Source of the DNA: a virus
Taxonomy: Duplodnaviria; Caudoviricetes
DNA length: 35,846 nt
Direction: 5' to 3' (one strand)
Virus record (IMG/VR): IMGVR_UViG_3300005332_000004
Span: 1 to 35,846 of that record
Shown piece by piece: positions 24,684 through 32,976 of this stretch (position 1 is its first letter; each line of letters opens with the position of its first letter). A program made the translations under genes and the position numbers. The notes under the pieces are model-generated. The model was not told the DNA's origin. It did not search any database and was given only the letters and a program-made list of their open reading frames with translations.

Positions 24684-25343
24684 ATGCGTGAACTCAACGC
24701 CTCGATCCGCGCGATCCCCCTGCCCACCCGCATGCGGCACCTGCCGATCAGCGCCACCGGCTACCCGGTGCCGTGGTTCGTCAACTGGCTTGATGGCGAG
24801 CCGGACTTTCGCGTGGTCGGTCCCGGCCGGATCGGCCGCGCCATCCGCGCCGATCTCTGTTGGCTGTGTGGCGAGACACTCGGCAAATTCAAAGCGTTCA
24901 CGATCGGGCCGATGTGCGCGGTAAACCGGGTCAGCAGCGAGCCGCCGTCACACCGCGAGTGCGCCGAGTATGCCGTCCAGGCGTGTCCGTTCTTGACCCG
25001 CCCGCGCATGAGGCGCAACGAAAAGGACGTGCCCGAGGAGGCCGAGGAACCGGCCGGCATCGGCCTCAAGCGCAATCCCGGCGTCGCGCTCGTGTGGATC
25101 ACTAAGAGCTATAAGCTTTTCAAGCCGACGAATGGCGGCGTATTGTTCGAGATCGGGCCACCCGAGACCATCCGTTTTTACGCCGAGGGGCGGCGCGCCA
25201 CGCGGGAGGAAATCATGGCCTCGATCGATTCTGGCCTGCCGCATCTCCGCCAGATTGCCGAGCTTCAGGGTCCGGACGCCATCCTTGCCCTGGAGCACCA
25301 AGTGCGCACCGCCATGACGCTGATTGATGCGGTGGCGGCATGA
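24684..25343 (+). CDS. Conserved hypothetical Cys/His protein (219 aa)
   Basis: GYPVPWFV...LCWLCG...GPMC...EPPSHRECA.YA..ACPFL; GAGGAGG RBS. Confidence 0.85.
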   Translation: MRELNASIRAIPLPTRMRHLPISATGYPVPWFVNWLDGEPDFRVVGPGRIGRAIRADLCWLCGETLGKFKAFTIGPMCAVNRVSSEPPSHRECAEYAVQACPFLTRPRMRRNEKDVPEEAEEPAGIGLKRNPGVALVWITKSYKLFKPTNGGVLFEIGPPETIRFYAEGRRATREEIMASIDSGLPHLRQIAELQGPDAILALEHQVRTAMTLIDAVAA

Positions 25344-25543
25344 GCGGCGGTGAAACAATGATCGAGTGGTTGTTGACGATACTGTTTTGGTTTCTTGTGG
25401 TCGCCGCCGCCGTGATCATCATCGTGGTGATCATCAGTGCGGTCTCGTATCTTCAATATGTCCGCTCCATGCGGAACATGCCGATGAAGCGCGACGACAG
25501 CGACACCGACGAATGGCCGCCTAGTCGACCTCGCCGCTTTTAG
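25340..25543 (+). CDS. Small membrane protein (67 aa)
   Basis: Long hydrophobic run WLLTILFWFLVVAAAVIIIVVIISAVSYL. Confidence 0.65.
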   Translation: MSGGETMIEWLLTILFWFLVVAAAVIIIVVIISAVSYLQYVRSMRNMPMKRDDSDTDEWPPSRPRRF

Positions 25544-25624
25544 CCGGCGAACCGCCGGGCCGCCGGATCGATGCGCTTGGCGCCGCTCCGCTGCGCCTGC
25601 CTGATCTTGCGCGCGACGTATACA

Positions 25625-26152
25625 TTATTTGCCCGCGACGGATTCCGCGATGGCGCGGCAGATCGCGGTGAAATGCGCGTTGTAGGTGGCAGCATCCGCC
25701 TTGCTGTCGACAAAGCACACTTCAAGCAGGATCGACGGCTTGTGCGTGCGATTGAGGAACGACAGGTTTGTGCGCTTCTTTGCGCCGCGGTTGATCAGCC
25801 GGCCGGCATCGGCCATCGCCTTGGAGACCTGAGCGGCAATCTTGCCGCCAGTCTGGCTCACGTACAGAACTTCGGTGCCGCGTGCCGCGTTGGTCGGTTG
25901 GAACGCGTTGAAGTGCACCGACACGTCGAGCGCGCGCCGCTGCGCATTGTGCCAGCCCACGATGCGATTGAGGTTCGCCCCCTGCGACTTGCTCACATCA
26001 TCGTGGAAGACAAACACCGTGACACCGGCGGCCTCAAGATTGGCAGCCACGCGCTCGACCACGCGCCGCGATTCCTTCACTTCGTTGAGTACGCCGGCGG
26101 CACCGCCGACAAACTTGCCGTGCGCCGATGAGATCGCGATCGGATTGCGCAT
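25625..26152 (-). CDS. Endolysin, N-acetylmuramoyl-L-alanine amidase (Amidase_3)
   Basis: SSAHG...E...VSVHFNA...GTE...ILLEVCFVDS..D zinc-amidase motifs. Confidence 0.92.
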   Translation of the reverse strand: MRNPIAISSAHGKFVGGAAGVLNEVKESRRVVERVAANLEAAGVTVFVFHDDVSKSQGANLNRIVGWHNAQRRALDVSVHFNAFQPTNAARGTEVLYVSQTGGKIAAQVSKAMADAGRLINRGAKKRTNLSFLNRTHKPSILLEVCFVDSKADAATYNAHFTAICRAIAESVAGK

Positions 26153-26161
26153 GATTGCACC

Positions 26162-26365
26162 TCACTTCGGCGGCGGCATGCATTGTGCCAGCAAGCGCGT
26201 CGCCTCCTGTTGTTGCGCGGCAACGATGCGCACATATTCGTTGAACGCCTGTCCCTCGTACCAAGAAAAACCCAACAGCCCGAACGCGACCACGATCAGC
26301 GCCAGCAACGCCGGCTGCGTCTTGAGCGCCTCGATGATTCCGCCCGCGGCCTGATGGATGCTCAT
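26162..26365 (-). CDS. Holin-like membrane protein (67 aa)
   Basis: Single TM (ALLALIVVAFGLLGFSWY) directly upstream of the endolysin. Confidence 0.6.
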   Translation of the reverse strand: MSIHQAAGGIIEALKTQPALLALIVVAFGLLGFSWYEGQAFNEYVRIVAAQQQEATRLLAQCMPPPK

Positions 26366-26601
26366 GCGCTGCGCTCACCCTCTGGCGGCCAATTGCGTGC
26401 CGGCGCGAACTCCCTCGGGTTTGGATACATTGGCCCCGGTGGCGCCCACCACAGCGGCCACAACGGCGCTTTCGGCAAGTCCCCTTCCGCGGTGCCCGAC
26501 CTCACCGCTTGAAGCGGCACCGGCTCGACATTGCGCGGCGGCGACGGCGGCGGCGGATCGATCGCGGGAATCTGCCACTGCGGCTGTTGTTCATCCGTCA
26601 T
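26362..26601 (-). CDS. Pro-rich hypothetical protein (79 aa)
   Basis: AGGAG RBS; ATGA coupling; lies between tail fibre and lysis genes. Confidence 0.6.
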   Translation of the reverse strand: MTDEQQPQWQIPAIDPPPPSPPRNVEPVPLQAVRSGTAEGDLPKAPLWPLWWAPPGPMYPNPREFAPARNWPPEGERSA

Positions 26602-26613
26602 TGGTTCATTCTC

Positions 26614-28008
26614 CTATGGCACGAAGACTCCGCCCGTGCCCCAAACGCCCGCTTCATCGCCGGGGATCGGACCGGACGCATTGCTCTGGTACAGCACCGA
26701 ATTCGTGCTCACCGAAAACTGTTTGCCGGTCACGTTGGTGGTGAAGAAATTCGTGCCGACCATCACGCCAACCGATAGCGATGACAAGGTGATGAACGCG
26801 CCGCAGTCGAAATTTGAACTCATGAGATTGCCGCGGCTCACGTCGCCGCACCCTGCCCACCGCCCGCTCTGGCAATCGATCGCCGCGCCAATTTCATTTC
26901 CGTTGCCGTTGAATTGAGTGGTTGCCAGCGCCGCTATGCCGGTGCTTGCTCCTCCATAGTTCGCGATGAAGATGCCGGCCGGGTTTGATGTCATTGCGTC
27001 AAAGTTCACGTTCCTGAGTTCGATGTGCGAATTGGCATTCCATAGCGCGATGGCTGGATTGCTCGTGTTTGCGATCTGCAACGTCACACCGGCGATTGCC
27101 ATCTGAGCGACGCCGACCGTCTGCAGCGATATCCACACGTTCGAGCCAGGATAGAATTTCGTGCCGATGCGATACGCTCCGCGATTTTGTTCGTCGCCGG
27201 TGATCGTCATGGTCGAGCCGAACGGCCCGATCACTCCCGCTTCATAGGTGCCGGGAATGCCGAGCTTGAAGTTGACCGAGAACAGCGGCGTGGCCATGTA
27301 GCGCGAGCCGACCGCCTCCCACGCCCCGTTAAGGGTGCGAAATGCTTTGTCGGGCGAGTTAGCCGTGCCGTCGCCGGTCACGTCATTGCCGTCTGTTCGC
27401 ACCCACGCGTCGAGCCCGCCGTATTTGACCAGCGGCACTTGCGAGGCACAGAGGCCGATCATGTGGAACGCACCATTGAAATACGTGGCAATGAACGGCT
27501 TCAATGACAGAATGTCTCCGGCGCGCACCTCCTCGCCGTCATTGCGATAGAGCGGGACATAGCCGAGCCCGTTGACGTTGATGCGGACGTAGCCCTGATT
27601 CTGCGTCGCGCCCGGCAGCAATTGCGGAACGAAAACGATAGTCAGAAAATCGGTGTAGTACGGCGGCACCGGGTCGAGCGTGATGGCGTACTGAAACGCA
27701 GTTTGCGCCACCAGCATGCCGGAATGCGGCAAGCCGCGCTGGATCAGGTAGCGGATCGACACTTCGAGGTTTTGCAGCGAGGCGGCGCGATAGGCGACAC
27801 CTGCACGATCGGCGACTGCCGCGATCTCGGAGATCAACGAATTGACTACATGCGGACGCAGCCGCACGTCGCAGCCGTTGCCGTAATACAGCGCCGAGGT
27901 ATCGGCCGGCAACGCATGTTGATGGATGAACGCTTGCGCCGGGTTGTTCGGCGTTTGGGCATTAGGCGGAATGCCACCGTCCGTGCTGTAAGGGAAAATG
28001 CCAGACAC
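26614..28008 (-). CDS. Tail fibre / tailspike with probable beta-helical C-terminus (464 aa)
   Basis: N-terminus homologous to 28008-29999; INVNGLG..P module; VRTDGND..GDGT...AFRTL preceding an Asn/Gly-rich region. Confidence 0.75.
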   Translation of the reverse strand: MSGIFPYSTDGGIPPNAQTPNNPAQAFIHQHALPADTSALYYGNGCDVRLRPHVVNSLISEIAAVADRAGVAYRAASLQNLEVSIRYLIQRGLPHSGMLVAQTAFQYAITLDPVPPYYTDFLTIVFVPQLLPGATQNQGYVRINVNGLGYVPLYRNDGEEVRAGDILSLKPFIATYFNGAFHMIGLCASQVPLVKYGGLDAWVRTDGNDVTGDGTANSPDKAFRTLNGAWEAVGSRYMATPLFSVNFKLGIPGTYEAGVIGPFGSTMTITGDEQNRGAYRIGTKFYPGSNVWISLQTVGVAQMAIAGVTLQIANTSNPAIALWNANSHIELRNVNFDAMTSNPAGIFIANYGGASTGIAALATTQFNGNGNEIGAAIDCQSGRWAGCGDVSRGNLMSSNFDCGAFITLSSLSVGVMVGTNFFTTNVTGKQFSVSTNSVLYQSNASGPIPGDEAGVWGTGGVFVP

Positions 28009-29999
28009 TAGCGCTTCCTCCCCTTCTCCAGGGCGGCCACGCGGGCGCGCAATTGGTCGTTGTCGTCGGCCAGCTTCTTCACCGCGTTGACGAGCGCAAA
28101 CACGATCGGCCCGGTATCGAGCATGCGCATATCGTCAAGCTGGAGATCGCCGAGCGTGATCTTCTGTTGCGACACGCATTCCGGCATCGCCGACTCGGCC
28201 TCTTGCGCCACGAGCCCGATGTGTTCTTTTTCGGTGTCGCGTCCGGTGGCCGGCAGGAAATGATAGCTTACCGGCCGCAGCGCGCGGATCGCGTCGAGCC
28301 CGGTGGTGTAGTCGGCAACGCGGTCCTTGATCCGCGCGTCGGAAGAGTCGGCGAACGGACCGCCGCCCGGCTTATAGGCGACGGTGCCAACCCAAAGCTG
28401 ACGGCCAACAGTTACATCGCGAGCATCGCTTATGCTGATGCCGGCGCCCTGCGACGTGAACCAGTAGAGGACGCCAGCGTTGTAGCGAAAATAGTAATTC
28501 GCGTTGGCGCGGATGTAGAAATCGGAGCCGGGACCCGCCTCCAGATTCATTCCGGCCCAGTTGGAAATGCCGATACCGCCGAGTTGGACTGCCCCACCGC
28601 TACTCCGAATGTTGCCATCACTGTCTATGTTCACTAACTCAACATCACCGGCGTCGCCGACGCTGAATGTCTTTAGCGTCGAATTGAACCACAAATATCC
28701 TACCAGCGAGCCGCCCGTATCGAGAAATCGCAGTCGTGGATTCGGCGAGCCTGTGATGCCCTTGATATCAACCCACCCGCTAAACACTGCGGCACCATTG
28801 CCGTACACAAGTGCCGTATTGGTACCGCCCGGCCCGAAGACGCGCCACGCGCCCATTCCTGCCGCGATGTTGGTTATGTCAATCGTGCCGCGGGTCGCGA
28901 GCCCACCGGGAACGTCGAGGCTCCCCGTGGGGGTGATGCCTATCGGATTGGCCGCTGCACTCGTGCGCAGATAGAGCCAATTGTTGGCAAGGCTCGCCGT
29001 TATCCTTCCAACGTCAGCGCCCGCCGAATTTTGAAATGCCAAGATCGGATCGGCTGTAGTGAAAGCCCTGACCGTCACCGATCTTTGGAAGAGTGCCCGA
29101 CCGTCGCCACGCACATAGGCCGTTGGATTCACATAATCGGGAATCGCGGGAATGACATTGACGGCCCACGCGTTTTGTGTGGGCGCCGCGATGTTGAAAT
29201 TGAGCGCGCCGGTCATCGTCCCGCCCGCGAGCGGTAGCACTCGCTCCCACGCGTGCGACAGGCGCCCATAGGTGAAGCCATCGGCCGGCGCATCAACGAA
29301 CGTGCCACCCTGCGCCACCAGCGCATCGACGTAATACTTGGTCGCGGCTTCGGTGTTGGCTACCGGCTCGCGCACGTTGAGCGCGCCGGTGATTGTCCCT
29401 CCGGCGAGCGGCAGCACCGGCGCCCAACTCCCGTGCACGCGGCCATAGGTTTGCAAATCAGCCGGCGGCTCGGTGATGCCGTCACCGACTTGCGAGTCGA
29501 CGTATTGTTTTGTCGCGGCGCCAAGACCGGCGACGGGATCGGCATTGAGGATCAGCGGGCCGCTCATGGTCGAGCCGGAGCGCAAAACCACAGTATTGTT
29601 GACTTGCTGCTGCAGCGCCGCAACCTGCTGATCCGTGTACAGCTTGGTGCTAGCCTGCATATCGCTCACCGGGTTGCCGGCGAGTTCGAGCGGGCCAGTC
29701 ATGGCATCACCGCTGCGCAGAACTCTGGCATCGATGGTCGCGCTGATCGAATCGAATCGGTCGCGCAAGGCACGGCCGAGATTGTCGACACGCCCGGAAT
29801 TGTAGGGCACACCGAGGAGGTCGACGCCGGCTAGAATTTCTGAAACGATCGCGTTAAACGTGCAATCCAGGAGCGTGGTCGTACACTCAGGTGCGGCGTA
29901 AAGCGGCCCCTCGCCGGTCACCGGATTGATCGGCGTATAGCCGTCGCACACCTCAGGCGCGGGTGGCACGCCGCTTGGAGGAAAAATGCCTGCCATCAC
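28008..29999 (-). CDS. Tail fibre with C-terminal S74 intramolecular chaperone (663 aa)
   Basis: Repeats G..MTGPL.L...P....ATK.YVD and P.D..TYGR; SSDARIK...LRPVSY...GLVAQE...coiled-coil end. Confidence 0.9.
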   Translation of the reverse strand: MMAGIFPPSGVPPAPEVCDGYTPINPVTGEGPLYAAPECTTTLLDCTFNAIVSEILAGVDLLGVPYNSGRVDNLGRALRDRFDSISATIDARVLRSGDAMTGPLELAGNPVSDMQASTKLYTDQQVAALQQQVNNTVVLRSGSTMSGPLILNADPVAGLGAATKQYVDSQVGDGITEPPADLQTYGRVHGSWAPVLPLAGGTITGALNVREPVANTEAATKYYVDALVAQGGTFVDAPADGFTYGRLSHAWERVLPLAGGTMTGALNFNIAAPTQNAWAVNVIPAIPDYVNPTAYVRGDGRALFQRSVTVRAFTTADPILAFQNSAGADVGRITASLANNWLYLRTSAAANPIGITPTGSLDVPGGLATRGTIDITNIAAGMGAWRVFGPGGTNTALVYGNGAAVFSGWVDIKGITGSPNPRLRFLDTGGSLVGYLWFNSTLKTFSVGDAGDVELVNIDSDGNIRSSGGAVQLGGIGISNWAGMNLEAGPGSDFYIRANANYYFRYNAGVLYWFTSQGAGISISDARDVTVGRQLWVGTVAYKPGGGPFADSSDARIKDRVADYTTGLDAIRALRPVSYHFLPATGRDTEKEHIGLVAQEAESAMPECVSQQKITLGDLQLDDMRMLDTGPIVFALVNAVKKLADDNDQLRARVAALEKGRKR

Positions 30000-30040
30000 G
30001 GCAGGATATCACGGGCAGATCAGCGATTGGCGTGAGTCGC

Positions 30041-31021
30041 TTATACTATGCAGTCTGCCGGATCGCAATCGTACATGCACCAGAACACGCCGCGCTCGCC
30101 CTCCAGGAGCTTGGGCAAGAGCCAGTGCCGAAACGCTTCGTAAAGCTCGGGATCGTGCGGCAGATGCCGCTCAGGTATCGCGAGATTGCAATTCTCCGGA
30201 ATGATCACGTCGCCGGGGCAGACCACGATGTTAAGCGACAGCGGCACGCCGAGGCATTCCGAGATCGGCCGCAGAGTCGGATTGTATGGCGCTGTCGCAT
30301 CGGGCGGACAGACGAATACCGGCGGGCACGCTTGTTGATCGCGCGCCATCGTCCACCAGCCGATCGGGCCGCAATTCAGGTCACCGGCATAGCGCATCAC
30401 GATATCAGCACCGAACCGGTGCGCGAGCGCGGTGAGGAATTCCCAATTGTGCGCGCCGCGATAATTGCGCAATTGCAAGATGGTGCAGATGAGCATGGCG
30501 AGCACGCGATCGGAGAATCCCGGCCCGCATGGGTCCGGGTGTTCGATGCCCATGCGCTCGGCCCAATGGCGAACGAGCTTTTGCGCGGTGCATGGGTCAA
30601 GCTCGCGCAACAGCGCGCACAGTGCTTGGATGACTCCGTAGGCGACCGCGGCAAACGAATCGACCACGGCAAGCTGCGGCGCGGGCGGATCATCGTCGCA
30701 CAGAATCATATCGTTGCAGCAACCGCCGAGAATGAGTTGCTCGCAGCCGATGCGAGCGCACCCGATGTTAGCAACACCAACATCGCGCGGCGGCGTGTAC
30801 GTGTGCTGTCTGGTGTTGTTGAAGATATCGCCCTCGGGAAGAAGCGAGCGCACGGCGCAAAGGAAATCCCACTCTTTCACCGCGCACGGCGACGGCATGC
30901 AACAGCCTTCTGGCGCCCAGCATTCAATGCCGGGCTCATCCGGGCCGGTGAGATTTTTCACCGGTGGCTGCGGACAGCAAAACGGCGCTTCATCCGGCAA
31001 GGTCATGCGTTCGAGCATCAT
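30041..31021 (-). CDS. Cys-rich baseplate protein, Mu gp48/YmfQ-like (326 aa)
   Basis: SLLPEG and LLRELDP.TA..L...WAER.G motifs; lies between baseplate J and the fibres; ATGA coupling. Confidence 0.7.
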   Translation of the reverse strand: MMLERMTLPDEAPFCCPQPPVKNLTGPDEPGIECWAPEGCCMPSPCAVKEWDFLCAVRSLLPEGDIFNNTRQHTYTPPRDVGVANIGCARIGCEQLILGGCCNDMILCDDDPPAPQLAVVDSFAAVAYGVIQALCALLRELDPCTAQKLVRHWAERMGIEHPDPCGPGFSDRVLAMLICTILQLRNYRGAHNWEFLTALAHRFGADIVMRYAGDLNCGPIGWWTMARDQQACPPVFVCPPDATAPYNPTLRPISECLGVPLSLNIVVCPGDVIIPENCNLAIPERHLPHDPELYEAFRHWLLPKLLEGERGVFWCMYDCDPADCIV

Positions 31022-32265
31022 CTCGGCCCCTGCAGCCGCTTCGTGCGGAACGGGATCGCCGGAACAGGATCGGCCTCGGTGGGAACAACCGACACCTCGC
31101 CGAGCACCGGCAGATAGCCACACTCAACGATGATATAGGCGTCGTCCTGGCGACGAATGCCCTCCGGCGGATCGAACGTGAACGTCACGCCGGCAAAGCA
31201 CGGTTCGCCCACCGCGCGGTAGATCACACTTTTAATGTGCTCTTTGCAGATCGGCGAGCCGACGCAGTAGTTGTCGCGGATGTAGGCGTTCAACGCGCTG
31301 ACGATGTTGCTGACCGCGATGTTGTCACAGCCGCGAAAGCAGTGACCCACGATATTGATTTTCACCGGCTTGGCGCATTCGTAATGACCTTGCGCGCCGA
31401 CCGGTGCCAGCCCCTCGCCCTTGCCGTTGTTGCGACCCCACATCCAATGATTCATTTCGTCAATCACCTCGCCCGGCGGCACGCCGTAAGGTGCGGTGAC
31501 AGCATCGCCGTAGACGCCTTCGAAGAATGGGTAAATGATCAGGTGCGTGGGATCGCAACAGCCCTCGCATTCATCGATACAGGCGCGCGTCACACCGGGA
31601 TAGGCCATCGTTTGCGCGATGTACCATTGCGCATTGGTCGACAGCACGCCGGCCGCTTCGGCCGCCAGCACGCGCGCACGCAGTTGATCGCACGTTTCAA
31701 TGTCGCTGGCACCGGTCAATCCATTGCCAACGACAGTCGCATCTATGTCGATGCCGGGCGCGCTGGTGCCGACCGTGAGCGCGCTGCCAGTGGGCAGATT
31801 GAAGACGTTGCCGGGCAGCGCCGAAACGACGCGCACAACAGCGCCGCCCGTGGAATCGAGGTGGGTTGGATTCCAGGTGACGGCGGGGTCAGGCTTGTAT
31901 TCGCGCGATGCGAGACCAACGAGCCGGAGATTGCTCGGGATCGCGGCATCTGGCTCCCCAGTGATCGCAACATAACCCTTGGCACGTGTCGCGCCGAGGA
32001 GATTGATGCCGTGGCGTGCGGCGTAGATCACGAGCGAATCACAACACATGGTCGCCGGATCAGTCTCTTTGAGCGCTTGCGAGACCATGCCGTGCATGAG
32101 GTTCACGGTTCCCGCCATCACGAACGCCAGAATATCCTCGGTGCTCAGCGGCAGTACCGGCGCGCCGCCGAGGAGCCGCTTGGAGAATTCGATGCGCACG
32201 GCCTCGGACAATTGCGCGATGTCCGGCCGCGGGATTCGACAACCGATGTCAGGAGCGATTGCCAT
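31018..32265 (-). CDS. Baseplate J / Mu gp47-like wedge protein (415 aa)
   Basis: A.RHGI....ATRAKG.V.ITG; LTGASDIET.DQLRAR; PGVTRA; GGAGG RBS. Confidence 0.9.
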   Translation of the reverse strand: MAIAPDIGCRIPRPDIAQLSEAVRIEFSKRLLGGAPVLPLSTEDILAFVMAGTVNLMHGMVSQALKETDPATMCCDSLVIYAARHGINLLGATRAKGYVAITGEPDAAIPSNLRLVGLASREYKPDPAVTWNPTHLDSTGGAVVRVVSALPGNVFNLPTGSALTVGTSAPGIDIDATVVGNGLTGASDIETCDQLRARVLAAEAAGVLSTNAQWYIAQTMAYPGVTRACIDECEGCCDPTHLIIYPFFEGVYGDAVTAPYGVPPGEVIDEMNHWMWGRNNGKGEGLAPVGAQGHYECAKPVKINIVGHCFRGCDNIAVSNIVSALNAYIRDNYCVGSPICKEHIKSVIYRAVGEPCFAGVTFTFDPPEGIRRQDDAYIIVECGYLPVLGEVSVVPTEADPVPAIPFRTKRLQGPR

Positions 32266-32267
32266 CA

Positions 32268-32972
32268 CTAACCTCCTAACGCGCGTTGCACGCGCCCATA
32301 CAGCCGCCCGGACGTGCTTCTGATCGCGCTTGGCGGCATGTACTCCTGCCACAGCCAACTCGCATCAGGCATCGCCATGCCCTCCAGTGTAAACGCCGAC
32401 GCGACACCCGGACCGCGGATTGAGATTTTCAGGTGTATGACGGCGCCTGGAATCCCGGTGCCGGTGAGCGCGCGCGTGATGAATTGCGCGTTGATTTCGA
32501 TCTCCGAAACGATGCCCCATGATTCCAGATATTGCAGCGCCTCGTGGGCATAGTCTTTCGCCTGCAGCATCAGGTCATTGGTGGCTCCGCCATGCCGCCA
32601 TTTCAGCGCCCACAATTTTGACCCACTCCTGAACCGTGAGCGCCCTGTGTTCGCGGCGCGAAAGGCATCGGCCCACCAACCGCCGCCGCGTTGCTGCAGC
32701 GGGTGCTCCTCGCAATCGACAAACCCGCGCGTGAGCAATTGCGTGATGATCCACCCCTCGATCCAGCGCGCGCGGTCGAGCGTGTTCTCATTGGTCACGC
32801 GCCAATTGCCGCCATCGCAGGCGAACAGACCGCAGATGTCGCCGGTGCAACTCGGCGAGTGGCGCACCGAGATGCCGGGCAAAAACGTGGGCTCGACCGG
32901 GCGCACGCAGCGATCATCGCGCGGATCACAAATCCAGATTGGTTGCACGCTGGTTTTTGGTTGGTTGGCCAT
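32268..32972 (-). CDS. Baseplate protein, Mu gp46-like (234 aa)
   Basis: GWWAD...GSKLW.L...AKDYA.EALQYL motif. Confidence 0.85.
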   Translation of the reverse strand: MANQPKTSVQPIWICDPRDDRCVRPVEPTFLPGISVRHSPSCTGDICGLFACDGGNWRVTNENTLDRARWIEGWIITQLLTRGFVDCEEHPLQQRGGGWWADAFRAANTGRSRFRSGSKLWALKWRHGGATNDLMLQAKDYAHEALQYLESWGIVSEIEINAQFITRALTGTGIPGAVIHLKISIRGPGVASAFTLEGMAMPDASWLWQEYMPPSAIRSTSGRLYGRVQRALGG

Positions 32973-32976
32973 GGGC

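Noticed and set aside
23045-24691. 548-aa + strand ORF
   Set aside because: Antisense shadow of the integrase with no motifs; typical high-GC artefact.
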